Part shown: positions 39,536-48,697 of the stretch, piece by piece
Numbering within the stretch: the stretch's first letter is position 1
How the letters are laid out: every line of letters begins with the position of its first letter
DNA from: Escherichia phage teqskov
Direction: 5' to 3' (one strand)
DNA: 64,000 nt
Sequence record: NC_054934.1
The notes under the pieces: generated by a model
Told to the model about the DNA's origin: nothing
Databases searched by the model: none
The model's input: only the letters and a program-made list of their open reading frames with translations
Program-made: the position numbers and the translations under genes

Positions 39536-41349
39536 CAATTGAAAAAGAAATTGAAGGATTGATTCATAAAACTAATAAAGACCTTTTAAACGAGAATGCT
39601 AATAAAGATTCTCGTGTTTTTCCAACTCAACGGGACCTTATGGCTGGTATTGTGTCTAAACACATTGCCAAAAATATGGTCCCGTCTTTTATTATGAAAG
39701 CGCATGAAAGCGGAATTATTCATTTCCATGATATTGATTATTCCCCTGCTCTTCCATTTACTAATTGTTGTTTAGTAGATTTAAAAGGAATGCTTGAAAA
39801 CGGATTTAAGCTAGGTAATGCGCAGATTGAAACTCCTAAATCAATTGGAGTTGCTACTGCAATTATGGCACAAATTACTGCGCAAGTTGCTTCTCACCAA
39901 TACGGCGGAACGACTTTTGCGAATGTAGATAAAGTACTTTCTCCTTATGTTAAACGCACCTATGCAAAACATATTGAGGATGCAGAAAAATGGCAAATCG
40001 CTGATGCGTTGAATTATGCTCAATCTAAAACAGAAAAAGACGTATACGATGCATTTCAAGCTTATGAATATGAAGTAAATACTCTCTTTAGTTCAAACGG
40101 ACAAACGCCTTTTGTAACAATTACATTTGGTACAGGAACTGACTGGACTGAACGAATGATTCAGAAAGCAATTCTGAAAAATCGTATTAAAGGTCTTGGT
40201 CGTGATGGGATAACTCCTATTTTCCCTAAGCTTGTTATGTTTGTTGAAGAAGGTGTTAATCTTTATAAAGACGATCCGAACTATGATATTAAACAGCTTG
40301 CTCTAGAGTGCGCAAGCAAAAGAATGTATCCTGATATTATTTCAGCTAAGAACAATAAAGCTATCACTGGTTCATCTATTCCTGTTTCTCCGATGGGATG
40401 CCGTAGTTTCTTGAGCGTATGGAAAGATTCGACTGGTAATGAAATTCTTGATGGACGTAATAATCTTGGTGTTGTAACACTGAATCTTCCTCGCATCGCG
40501 TTAGATTCTTATATTGGAACACAATTCAATGAACAGAAATTTATCGAATTGTTCAATGAACGAATGGATTTATGTTTTGAAGCATTGATGTGTAGAATTA
40601 GTTCCTTAAAAGGAGTTAAAGCGACTGTTGCTCCTATTCTTTACCAAGAAGGTGCATTCGGGGTTCGTCTTAAACCTGATGACGATATAATTGAGTTATT
40701 TAAAAACGGCAGAAGTTCAGTGTCTCTAGGATACATTGGTATTCACGAATTAAATATTCTTGTCGGTCGTGATATTGGACAAGAAATTTTAACTAAAATG
40801 AATGCTCATCTTAAGCAGTGGACTGAAAGAACCGGATTTGCTTTTAGTTTGTATTCTACTCCTGCTGAAAACCTTTGTTATCGCTTCTGTAAACTTGATA
40901 CAGAAAAATATGGAAGTGTAAAGGATGTTACTGATAAAGGCTGGTACACTAACAGTTTTCATGTTTCAGTAGAAGAAAATATTACTCCGTTTGAAAAGAT
41001 TTCTCGTGAAGCGCCATATCATTTCATTGCGACAGGTGGTCACATTTCTTATGTTGAACTTCCTGATATGAAAAATAACTTAAAAGGTCTTGAGGCCGTG
41101 TGGGATTATGCTGCACAGCATTTAGATTATTTTGGTGTTAATATGCCAGTAGATAAGTGTTTTACATGCGGAAGCACCCATGAAATGACTCCTACTGAAA
41201 ACGGATTTGTTTGTTCTATTTGTGGAGAAACTGATCCTAAAAAGATGAACACAATAAGAAGAACATGTGGTTATTTGGGAAATCCGAACGAACGCGGATT
41301 TAATCTCGGTAAAAATAAAGAAATCATGCATAGGGTTAAACACCAATGA
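39532..41349 (+). CDS. nrdD: Anaerobic ribonucleoside-triphosphate reductase NrdD, uninterrupted
   Basis: 605 aa continuous ORF; MTIEKEIEGLIHKTNKDL N-terminus; C-terminal Cys cluster and glycyl-radical region. Confidence 0.92.
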   Translation: MTIEKEIEGLIHKTNKDLLNENANKDSRVFPTQRDLMAGIVSKHIAKNMVPSFIMKAHESGIIHFHDIDYSPALPFTNCCLVDLKGMLENGFKLGNAQIETPKSIGVATAIMAQITAQVASHQYGGTTFANVDKVLSPYVKRTYAKHIEDAEKWQIADALNYAQSKTEKDVYDAFQAYEYEVNTLFSSNGQTPFVTITFGTGTDWTERMIQKAILKNRIKGLGRDGITPIFPKLVMFVEEGVNLYKDDPNYDIKQLALECASKRMYPDIISAKNNKAITGSSIPVSPMGCRSFLSVWKDSTGNEILDGRNNLGVVTLNLPRIALDSYIGTQFNEQKFIELFNERMDLCFEALMCRISSLKGVKATVAPILYQEGAFGVRLKPDDDIIELFKNGRSSVSLGYIGIHELNILVGRDIGQEILTKMNAHLKQWTERTGFAFSLYSTPAENLCYRFCKLDTEKYGSVKDVTDKGWYTNSFHVSVEENITPFEKISREAPYHFIATGGHISYVELPDMKNNLKGLEAVWDYAAQHLDYFGVNMPVDKCFTCGSTHEMTPTENGFVCSICGETDPKKMNTIRRTCGYLGNPNERGFNLGKNKEIMHRVKHQ

Positions 41350-41816
41350 ATTATGATAGATTTTATCCCTGTGATTTTGTGAACGGCCCTGGATGCAGGG
41401 CCGTTCTTTTCGTTACAGGTTGTTTGCATAAATGCGAAGGGTGTTATAATAAATCAACATGGAATGCTAGAAATGGTATTCCATTTACTGGTGAAACACT
41501 AGAACAATTGATTGAATGTTTGAATAATGATTATATAGAAGGATTGACTATAACTGGAGGTGACCCTCTCTATCCTGATAACCGAGATGTTATTCATTGC
41601 ATTGTTCAAACTATTAAAAATCTTTATCCCAATAAAAGCATTTGGTTGTGGACAGGATATAAGTTTGAAGATATTAAACAACTAGAAATGCTTAAATATG
41701 TTGATGTTATTATTGATGGGAAGTATGAGAAAAATCTTCCGACCAAAAAGCTGTGGCGAGGATCAGATAATCAGCGACTTTGGTCAAATACCGATGGGGT
41801 GTGGACACATGATTAA
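41346..41816 (+). CDS. nrdG: Anaerobic RNR activating protein (radical SAM) NrdG
   Basis: 156 aa; CxxxCxxC cluster (CLHKCEGC). Confidence 0.88.
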   Translation: MNYDRFYPCDFVNGPGCRAVLFVTGCLHKCEGCYNKSTWNARNGIPFTGETLEQLIECLNNDYIEGLTITGGDPLYPDNRDVIHCIVQTIKNLYPNKSIWLWTGYKFEDIKQLEMLKYVDVIIDGKYEKNLPTKKLWRGSDNQRLWSNTDGVWTHD

Positions 41817-41931
41817 ATTGAATTACATTATGGATACTATAAATGATATGATTTTTCATTTTGGTCCAGAATTTTATTCGCAATATAGTTTAGTGCTTAT
41901 CAATGCTTGGTTAATCAATTAAGGGTAAAAT

Positions 41932-42144
41932 ATGTATAAATTTCGTAAAGGTTTAGCTGATTTTCTTACAACTGTAACATTCTTTCTGTTTATGGCAGTT
42001 GGAGCTATTTTCCTTATTCCTTTTATTGCTATATTTTTCGTGATTAGTTTAATTTCTCCAGAAAAGGGCTTATCTTCTAGTGAGTTCAATGAGCGTCTGG
42101 ATAAAATTACTAACAAGCTGAATGCTGCTCTTAGTAAGGAATAG
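41932..42144 (+). CDS. Small membrane protein
   Basis: 70 aa, one long hydrophobic segment. Confidence 0.45.
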   Translation: MYKFRKGLADFLTTVTFFLFMAVGAIFLIPFIAIFFVISLISPEKGLSSSEFNERLDKITNKLNAALSKE

Positions 42145-42146
42145 TT

Positions 42147-42455
42147 GTGAAACAAAATAAGATTGAAGTCTATGGAATTCCAGATGAAGTAGGTCGTTGT
42201 CCTGGATGTCAATCAGTTACAAAACTTCTAAAGGAGCTCAATGCTCCTTTTACTTTCTATAAAGTTCTTACTAATAATGGTAAGATTGAGTATGATCGTC
42301 CACTGATTGTATCTCTTGCCAAACGCGCCGGATTCACATCTCTTAATATTCGGTATCCGGTCATTTTCATTAATGATTCTAGGCAAAAGAACATTAAACA
42401 CTTCAAAGAAACTCTCATTTCACTTGGATATGATAGAGATATCATAGAAGATTAA
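42147..42455 (+). CDS. nrdH: Glutaredoxin-like protein NrdH
   Basis: 102 aa, GTG start with AAGGA SD; CPGC active site. Confidence 0.7.
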   Translation: MKQNKIEVYGIPDEVGRCPGCQSVTKLLKELNAPFTFYKVLTNNGKIEYDRPLIVSLAKRAGFTSLNIRYPVIFINDSRQKNIKHFKETLISLGYDRDIIED

Positions 42456-42458
42456 GAC

Positions 42459-42480
42459 GGGCCCTCTGGGCCTTTCTTTC
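42459..42480 (+). terminator. Rho-independent terminator
   Basis: ggccc-tct-gggcc then T-rich tract. Confidence 0.55.
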
Positions 42481-42552
42481 TCGCATTCTGTATATTACCA
42501 TTCTAAGCTATCGTTCCCTTCTTGTCATTCCCTAAAATATTTTCACAAAGTT

Positions 42553-42582
42553 GTTTACAAGAAGTTCAAACCGTGGTATTAT
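42553..42582 (+). promoter_or_regulatory. T4 early promoter with conserved upstream module
   Basis: ccctaaaatattttcacaaagttGTTTACa...TGgTATTAT. Confidence 0.6.
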
Positions 42583-42612
42583 TAACATATGAATTACCTT
42601 TGAGGAATTGAT

Positions 42613-42789
42613 ATGGTTGATAAAGAGATTAAAATTGACCAGTACTATCGTGTTAACGGACATATCGTTATTGTTACAGCAGTCGATGATTTAGATGTTC
42701 ATTATACTGTGATTAAATGGAACAAACGTATGATTTGTGATCGTGCTGTATTTAGTTCAGTTGCTAAGGAAATTAAACTCCATGGGTAA
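42613..42789 (+). CDS. Small hypothetical protein (58 aa)
   Basis: ATG 42613 with GAGGAA SD. Confidence 0.4.
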   Translation: MVDKEIKIDQYYRVNGHIVIVTAVDDLDVHYTVIKWNKRMICDRAVFSSVAKEIKLHG

Positions 42790-43075
42790 AACGTATCGTC
42801 GTAAAGACTTAAAAGTGCGTGATTATGACTATTTCGGAAAGCGTAAAGCTCCTGATGGGGTAAGTCATAAAGATATGGTTGAAAACATTTTTCGCTCAGA
42901 TAAATGGCGTAGAATGAAAGGTATTGATTCAGAAGTTAAAGATGAGTTAAATCGTCAATTACGTGGTGAAGTAAGAAAGTTGAAAAAATCAGTTTACATT
43001 GACGATGATTTTGATTATAATACTTCTCAACGAGTTGCTAAGCGCAAATCAAACGAATGTTATCGTTACAGCTGA
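42782..43075 (+). CDS. Basic hypothetical protein
   Basis: 97 aa, Lys/Arg-rich, from ATG 42782. Confidence 0.45.
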   Translation: MGKTYRRKDLKVRDYDYFGKRKAPDGVSHKDMVENIFRSDKWRRMKGIDSEVKDELNRQLRGEVRKLKKSVYIDDDFDYNTSQRVAKRKSNECYRYS

Positions 43076-43214
43076 GGAAAATATGAATATCAAACGAATG
43101 CTTTTTAAGCAGGGGTTATACACTTTAAATGTTACTCCAAAAGGTGATACAACTAAGTGGTCAGTAAATGACTGGATTAAATTTATTGATGAAAACGGTA
43201 ACTGGAAAATTTAA

Positions 43215-43415
43215 ATGAATCCTGAATCTATGTTATCGCAAAAGCTTCGTGAAGAACGCGCCAAATTTTTCCAGAACATGAAACACAATGGTATTGAGGA
43301 TGAAGTTTTTCTAAATTGGTTCTGGAATAATAAGTACACAGCATGTGAAGGAGCTTTGTTATTGTCAGTCGCAATGATGTACGAAGGCTGGAAGGGTGCC
43401 AAACAGTTTAGCTAA
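43215..43415 (+). CDS. Hypothetical protein
   Basis: 66 aa ORF followed by a terminator. Confidence 0.4.
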   Translation: MNPESMLSQKLREERAKFFQNMKHNGIEDEVFLNWFWNNKYTACEGALLLSVAMMYEGWKGAKQFS

Positions 43416-43433
43416 GGGCTTCGGCCCTTTTTT
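43416..43433 (+). terminator. Rho-independent terminator (gggc-ttcg-gccc, then TTTTTT)
   Basis: Perfect GC stem, UUCG loop, T-run. Confidence 0.75.
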
Positions 43434-43468
43434 GGATAATAAAATTTTAATGCAATTGAGGATAATGT

Positions 43469-43795
43469 ATGACTATTCAAATTAAAAACGCCATCAATTC
43501 TTATGCATATGATAAAGTAGTTTCTTTGCTAGAAAAAGGCGATATTGTAACTCCTCAAAGTTTGGATAAATGGGAAAAAGAGCTTCATCAGACGATGAAA
43601 CAGAATGATCAGAAGATTGGACGCAATACTGTCCGTGAATTGTTGGTTCAATATATCTTGTCAGAATTTGATGTTAAAGCTTTTGGCGTAGAATCTAAAG
43701 CTTATCAAAAGCATGAAATTTCCGATAAAACTATTCGTCGTATGAAAAATCAACGCAAGAAAAAATTTGCAGACCTGAAAATTACTAAGGTATAA
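43469..43795 (+). CDS. Hypothetical protein
   Basis: 108 aa ORF. Confidence 0.45.
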   Translation: MTIQIKNAINSYAYDKVVSLLEKGDIVTPQSLDKWEKELHQTMKQNDQKIGRNTVRELLVQYILSEFDVKAFGVESKAYQKHEISDKTIRRMKNQRKKKFADLKITKV

Positions 43796-43797
43796 TT

Positions 43798-44013
43798 ATG
43801 AACGAAGCTCTTATTAACGATTTACGTCTTGCTGGGTATGAAGTAAATACAAACGGCAATGGTTTAACTCAAATTGAAGGAAATGGATTCATCCTTGAGT
43901 ATGAATTTAGCCAATGGTGGTTATATGCCAATTACGGCGAATTGATTGAATATGTTGACCAATTTGATTCACTAGATGCAGCTCTTGGAGCGGCTAAGTT
44001 GATGAATGTATGA
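43798..44013 (+). CDS. Hypothetical protein
   Basis: 71 aa ORF. Confidence 0.4.
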   Translation: MNEALINDLRLAGYEVNTNGNGLTQIEGNGFILEYEFSQWWLYANYGELIEYVDQFDSLDAALGAAKLMNV

Positions 44014-44279
44014 AATTTATTAATATTTCTATTACTATTGAAAATTATGGCATTTTCTATGTTGACCAATACATGAAAATTTCATTTTTCCCAAATAAGA
44101 CTGGTGTTGGATATTGGGAAAGCCATGTTTCTGAATTAAATGAAAGCGAATATGTTAGCACACATGAAAAGTTTTTAGACTTTTTATATCATGCTGATCT
44201 AACTAGTCATTATATAGATATTCATGAATTTAAAAAGATGATGGAGAAAGTATTCCAAGCATACTGCTTACTTAGATAA
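44010..44279 (+). CDS. Hypothetical protein
   Basis: 89 aa ORF. Confidence 0.4.
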   Translation: MKFINISITIENYGIFYVDQYMKISFFPNKTGVGYWESHVSELNESEYVSTHEKFLDFLYHADLTSHYIDIHEFKKMMEKVFQAYCLLR

Positions 44280-44292
44280 CTGATATCCTCTA

Positions 44293-44321
44293 TGCTTTAA
44301 GATAGATCTTCAAATATTATG
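44293..44321 (+). promoter_or_regulatory. Candidate T4 middle promoter (MotA box TGCTTTA) upstream of gene 55; -10 region inside an 8 bp inverted repeat
   Basis: atGCTTtA then A/T-rich -10 candidates; atagatct/agatctat inverted repeat at 44302-44337. Confidence 0.35.
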
Positions 44322-44357
44322 ATATAATAGATCTATGAATTGAGCTAAGAGGTGAAA

Positions 44358-44915
44358 ATGTCAGAAACTAAGCCTAAATATAATTACGTAAACAATAAAG
44401 AGCTTTTACAAGCTATTATTGATTGGAAAACAGAATTAGCAAATAATAAAGACCCAAATAAAGTAGTTCGTCAGAATGATACTATCGGATTAGCCATTAT
44501 GCTTATTGCAGAAGGCTTATCTAAGCGTTTCAACTTTTCAGGATACACCCAGTCTTGGAAACAAGAAATGATTGCAGATGGTATAGAAGCTTCTATTAAG
44601 GGGCTTCACAATTTTGATGAAACGAAATATAAAAACCCACATGCATATATAACTCAAGCTTGTTTTAATGCATTCGTCCAACGTATTAAAAAAGAACGTA
44701 AGGAAGTTGCAAAGAAATATAGTTACTTCGTTCACAATGTCTATGACAGTCGTGACGACGATATGGTTGCGTTAGTAGATGAAACTTTTATTCAAGACAT
44801 CTACGATAAAATGACGCATTACGAAGAATCAACCTATAGAACACCGGGGGCTGAAAAGAAAAGTGTTGTAGACGATTCTCCTAGTTTGGATTTTTTATAT
44901 GAGGCTAACGATTAA
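44358..44915 (+). CDS. 55: Late-transcription sigma factor gp55
   Basis: 185 aa from ATG 44358 ([20 protein letters not shown]); matches remembered T4 gp55. Confidence 0.92.
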
Positions 44916-45117
44916 CCTCTCCGGATTCTTGGAAGAAATACCTGAAGTTGAAGCTATTCCCTATTTACTTAAAATGTATCTCAGGGAAGTTTTAGCTCTT
45001 GACATTGATATTGATCCAGAAAATCCGTATGATACCGCTTTTAAATCTAATGGTGTAGAATTAAATTACAGGTATCATTTAACAGATGATGATTTTTATT
45101 TTATATTAGAGAAATAA
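44899..45117 (+). CDS. Hypothetical protein
   Basis: 72 aa ORF overlapping gene 55 end. Confidence 0.35.
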
Positions 45118-45118
45118 T

Positions 45119-45436
45119 ATGACTGATAAACCCGAAATTAATGATGAAGTGGAAAAGCTTATTTCTTCTATTGAAGAAAAGAACCGTCTTGAAGCAGAAA
45201 GAAAAGCAAATAAGTTATTGTCTAAAAACAAACGCGAACTGAATCGTCTTTATAAGCACGCTCAGACTGCAGCTGAAAACAATAATTTTGCTCAATACGA
45301 ATATGCTATCAAGAAAAGTCGGGATATTCTAAAACAGCCATATAACGATGAACTCATCAGTATTCTTTGGAAGACTACTAGATCGCAAATTGAGGATATG
45401 ATTGATGCTTACACACGTAAAATTCAAGCGTCTTAA
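45119..45436 (+). CDS. Hypothetical protein
   Basis: 105 aa ORF. Confidence 0.4.
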   Translation: MTDKPEINDEVEKLISSIEEKNRLEAERKANKLLSKNKRELNRLYKHAQTAAENNNFAQYEYAIKKSRDILKQPYNDELISILWKTTRSQIEDMIDAYTRKIQAS

Positions 45437-45608
45437 AATTAATGCAGGATTTACTGAATCTTTGAATGGTCATCTTTGTGTGAAAATTTCTGAAAAAGAA
45501 TACCATGATAGTTCAATTAAAGAAGTTAATCCTCCTATTGTAAGAGCAGACCCTAATATGAAAGTGTGGGTTGATTCTTATCAAGTCAAAAAATGGTGGC
45601 AGTTATGA
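45402..45608 (+). CDS. Hypothetical protein
   Basis: 68 aa ORF. Confidence 0.35.
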   Translation: MMLTHVKFKRLKINAGFTESLNGHLCVKISEKEYHDSSIKEVNPPIVRADPNMKVWVDSYQVKKWWQL

Positions 45609-45784
45609 AAGATGAACACCCAGACTTCTGAAATAGATTATAATAAAATTCGTTCCTCTAAAGAGGAAATGATGAGACTCTTTAAAGCGTCTCATGATAA
45701 AGCTAAAGCAGAAGGAACTATAAAATATAAGCGCATAAAATTTAAAAGTTCTAACGAGCCTCTGTATGGCGTATTATGTGGATA

Positions 45785-45798
45785 GGAGCTTCGGCTCC
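45785..45798 (+). terminator. GC stem with UUCG tetraloop (ggagc-ttcg-gctcc)
   Basis: Hairpin after a 38-codon ORF; no strong T-run. Confidence 0.35.
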
Positions 45799-45851
45799 TA
45801 TATTGCTTTATAAATTTTTGGTAAAATAAACCAAAACAAAGAGGATATTAA

Positions 45852-47054
45852 ATGAAAGTATGTATTTTTATGGCTCGAGGTCTTGAAGGTTGTGGTGTAA
45901 CTAAATTTTCTCTTGAGCAACGTGATTGGTTTATTAAGAATGGTCATGAAGTAACTTTGGTTTATGCTAAAGATAAATCATTTACTCGTAATTGCGCGCA
46001 TGATTATAAATCATTTTCAATTCCGGTTTTATTGGCAAAAGAATATGATAAAACACTTAAGCTGGTAAATGATTGTGATATTCTAATTATCAATTCAGTT
46101 CCTGCTACTTCGGTTGAAGAAGACACTATTAATAACTATAAAAAAATTATTGATAACATTAAACCTTCTGTTCGTGTTGTAGTTTATCAACATGACCATT
46201 CTTCTCTTTCTTTGCGCCGAAATTTGGGATTAGAAGAAACTGTTCGTCGAGCTGATGTTATTTTTAGCCATTCTGATAATGGTGATTTTAATAAAGTTCT
46301 GATGAAAGAATGGTATCCTGAAACAGTTTCTCTGTTTGATGATATTGAAGAAGCACCGACAGTATATAACTTTCAGCCTCCTATGGATATTGCGAAGGTT
46401 CGGTCAACCTACTGGAAAGATGTTTCTGAAATTAACATGAATATCAACCGTTGGATTGGTCGTACGACTACATGGAAAGGTTTTTATCAGATGTTTGATT
46501 TTCATGAAAAACATCTTAAACCTGCAGGACTAAGTACTATTATGGAAGGTCTGGAACGTTCTCCAGCGTTCATTCCTATTAAAGAAAAAGGAATTCCATA
46601 CGAGTATTATCGTCTTCATCAAGTAGACCAAATTAAAATTGCTCCTAATTTGCCAACGCAAATTCTTGACCGTTATGTAAATAGCGAAATGCTTGAACGT
46701 ATGAGTAAATCCGGTTTTGGTTATCAGCTGAGTAAGTTGGATAAAAAATATCTACAGCGCTCTTTAGAATATACTCATCTCGAGCTTGGTGCATGTGGAA
46801 CAATTCCGGTATTTTGGAAATCTACTGGCGAAAATTTAAAATTCCGTGTTGATAATACTCCTTTGACCTCGCATGATAGCGGTATCATTTGGTTTGATGA
46901 AAATGACATGGAATCAACATTTGAACGTATTAAAGAACTGTCATCTGATCGAACTCTTTATGACCGCGAACGCGAAAAAGCTTATGAATTTTTGTATCAG
47001 CATCAAGATTCAAGCTTCTGCTTTAAAGAACAGTTTGACATTATTACAAAATAA
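45852..47054 (+). CDS. agt: DNA alpha-glucosyltransferase
   Basis: 400 aa; close match to remembered T4 alpha-gt across its length. Confidence 0.9.
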   Translation: MKVCIFMARGLEGCGVTKFSLEQRDWFIKNGHEVTLVYAKDKSFTRNCAHDYKSFSIPVLLAKEYDKTLKLVNDCDILIINSVPATSVEEDTINNYKKIIDNIKPSVRVVVYQHDHSSLSLRRNLGLEETVRRADVIFSHSDNGDFNKVLMKEWYPETVSLFDDIEEAPTVYNFQPPMDIAKVRSTYWKDVSEINMNINRWIGRTTTWKGFYQMFDFHEKHLKPAGLSTIMEGLERSPAFIPIKEKGIPYEYYRLHQVDQIKIAPNLPTQILDRYVNSEMLERMSKSGFGYQLSKLDKKYLQRSLEYTHLELGACGTIPVFWKSTGENLKFRVDNTPLTSHDSGIIWFDENDMESTFERIKELSSDRTLYDREREKAYEFLYQHQDSSFCFKEQFDIITK

Positions 47055-47055
47055 A

Positions 47056-47070
47056 GGGCTTCGGCCCTTT
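47056..47070 (+). terminator. Rho-independent terminator (gggc-ttcg-gccc-ttt)
   Basis: Immediately after the agt stop. Confidence 0.6.
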
Positions 47071-47093
47071 AGCTTTATACGGAGTTTGATATA

Positions 47094-47234
47094 ATGATAT
47101 TTCTTGGATATGTGATACTTTTTCTCGCATTTTATCTATTCACTAGAGCATGTTGGATTGGATTCTTTAGCACTCCAGATGGATTTATTTCAATAATTTT
47201 ATTTTGCATTTCAATGACGGTTCTTGATATATGA
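47094..47234 (+). CDS. Small hydrophobic membrane peptide (46 aa)
   Basis: ATG 47094; stop overlaps gene 47 ATG (ATGA); below the ORF-track cutoff. Confidence 0.35.
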   Translation: MIFLGYVILFLAFYLFTRACWIGFFSTPDGFISIILFCISMTVLDI

Positions 47235-48250
47235 AAATTTTAAATTTAGGTGATTGGCATTTAGGCGTTAAAGCCGATGATGAGTGGGTTCAATCTATTC
47301 AGTTGGATGGAATTAAACAAGCAATAGAATATTCTAAGAAAAATGGAATTACTACATGGATTCAATATGGTGATATTTTTGATGTGCGAAAAGCAATCAC
47401 ACATAAAACTATGGAGTTCGCTCGTGAAATAGTTCAAATGCTTGATGATGTTGGTATTACCCTGCATACTGTTGTAGGAAACCATGATATGCACTTTAAA
47501 AATACTTTAACTCCAAATGCCTCTACTGAGCTTTTGGCTAAATATCCTAATGTTAAAGTATATGATAAGCCTACTACAGTAGATTTTGACGGATGTTTAA
47601 TTGATTTAATTCCTTGGATGTGTGAAGAAAATACTGGTGAAATTCTCGAGCACATAAAAACTTCTTCTGCTTCTTTTTGTGTTGGTCACTGGGAACTGAA
47701 TGGATTTTATTTTTATAAAGGAATGAAATCTCACGGTCTTGAACCTGATTTCCTTAAGACTTATAAAGAGGTGTGGTCTGGTCACTTCCATACTATTTCT
47801 GAGGCTGCAAACGTCAGATATATTGGGACACCATGGACACTAACTGCAGGTGACGAGAATGACCCTCGCGGGTTCTGGATGTTTGATACAGAAACAGAAC
47901 GAATGGAATTTATTCCAAACAACACTACCTGGCATCGTAGAATTCATTATCCATTTAAAGGAAAAATTGACTATAAAGATTTTACAAATCTATCAGTACG
48001 TGTTATAGTAACTGAAGTAGACAAAAATCTAACGAAGTTCGAATCTGAACTAGAAAAAGTTGTGCATTCGTTACGAGTTGTGTCAAAGATTGATAACTCT
48101 GTCGAGTCAGATGACAGCGAAGAGGTTGAAGTTCAATCGCTTCAGACATTGATGGAAGAATACATTAATGCAATTCCAGACATCACTGATTCTGACCGTG
48201 AAGCACTTATTCAATATGCAAATCAGCTATATGTAGAGGCAACACAATGA
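47231..48250 (+). CDS. 47: Recombination endonuclease subunit gp47 (Mre11-like)
   Basis: 339 aa; phosphoesterase motifs (GDWHLG, GNHD). Confidence 0.92.
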   Translation: MKILNLGDWHLGVKADDEWVQSIQLDGIKQAIEYSKKNGITTWIQYGDIFDVRKAITHKTMEFAREIVQMLDDVGITLHTVVGNHDMHFKNTLTPNASTELLAKYPNVKVYDKPTTVDFDGCLIDLIPWMCEENTGEILEHIKTSSASFCVGHWELNGFYFYKGMKSHGLEPDFLKTYKEVWSGHFHTISEAANVRYIGTPWTLTAGDENDPRGFWMFDTETERMEFIPNNTTWHRRIHYPFKGKIDYKDFTNLSVRVIVTEVDKNLTKFESELEKVVHSLRVVSKIDNSVESDDSEEVEVQSLQTLMEEYINAIPDITDSDREALIQYANQLYVEATQ

Positions 48251-48510
48251 CTTTTGATGAATTTAAAAATGTTATGATGAGTCAGCATTTTGAATGCGAA
48301 GTAAAAGATGATATTGGTCATAAAGAAATTATTGAATATTGGTTTGAACCGCTAGAGGTTGAAGATAATTGTATTAAAAAGGTTACAGTCTGCACTGACT
48401 GGGCTGTATCTTTTAACTTCAACATTTTAGATAATGACACACCTAAATCATTACGAGATATGGCTGTATCTTGTATTAAGGATGCATACTGTGAAGTTTT
48501 CGACATTTGA
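48247..48510 (+). CDS. Hypothetical protein
   Basis: 87 aa ORF between genes 47 and 46. Confidence 0.45.
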   Translation: MTFDEFKNVMMSQHFECEVKDDIGHKEIIEYWFEPLEVEDNCIKKVTVCTDWAVSFNFNILDNDTPKSLRDMAVSCIKDAYCEVFDI

Positions 48511-48697
48511 CATTAATGATGAATTCATAGCAAACATTGATTATACCGAAGAAGATTCTAGATATGTTGGAATAATTTATATTACATCAAAAACAGCACA
48601 AGGTGTTGTTTGCATGGCTGAATTTGATGAATACTTTTTAGATTATGATGATATGATAGAATGGTCTAAAAGATACATTAAAAGGAATCTTTTGTGA
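48434..48697 (+). CDS. Hypothetical protein; start uncertain (possibly GTG near 48491)
   Basis: ORF overlapping the previous one in another frame; ends at gene 46 start. Confidence 0.3.
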   Translation: MTHLNHYEIWLYLVLRMHTVKFSTFDINDEFIANIDYTEEDSRYVGIIYITSKTAQGVVCMAEFDEYFLDYDDMIEWSKRYIKRNLL

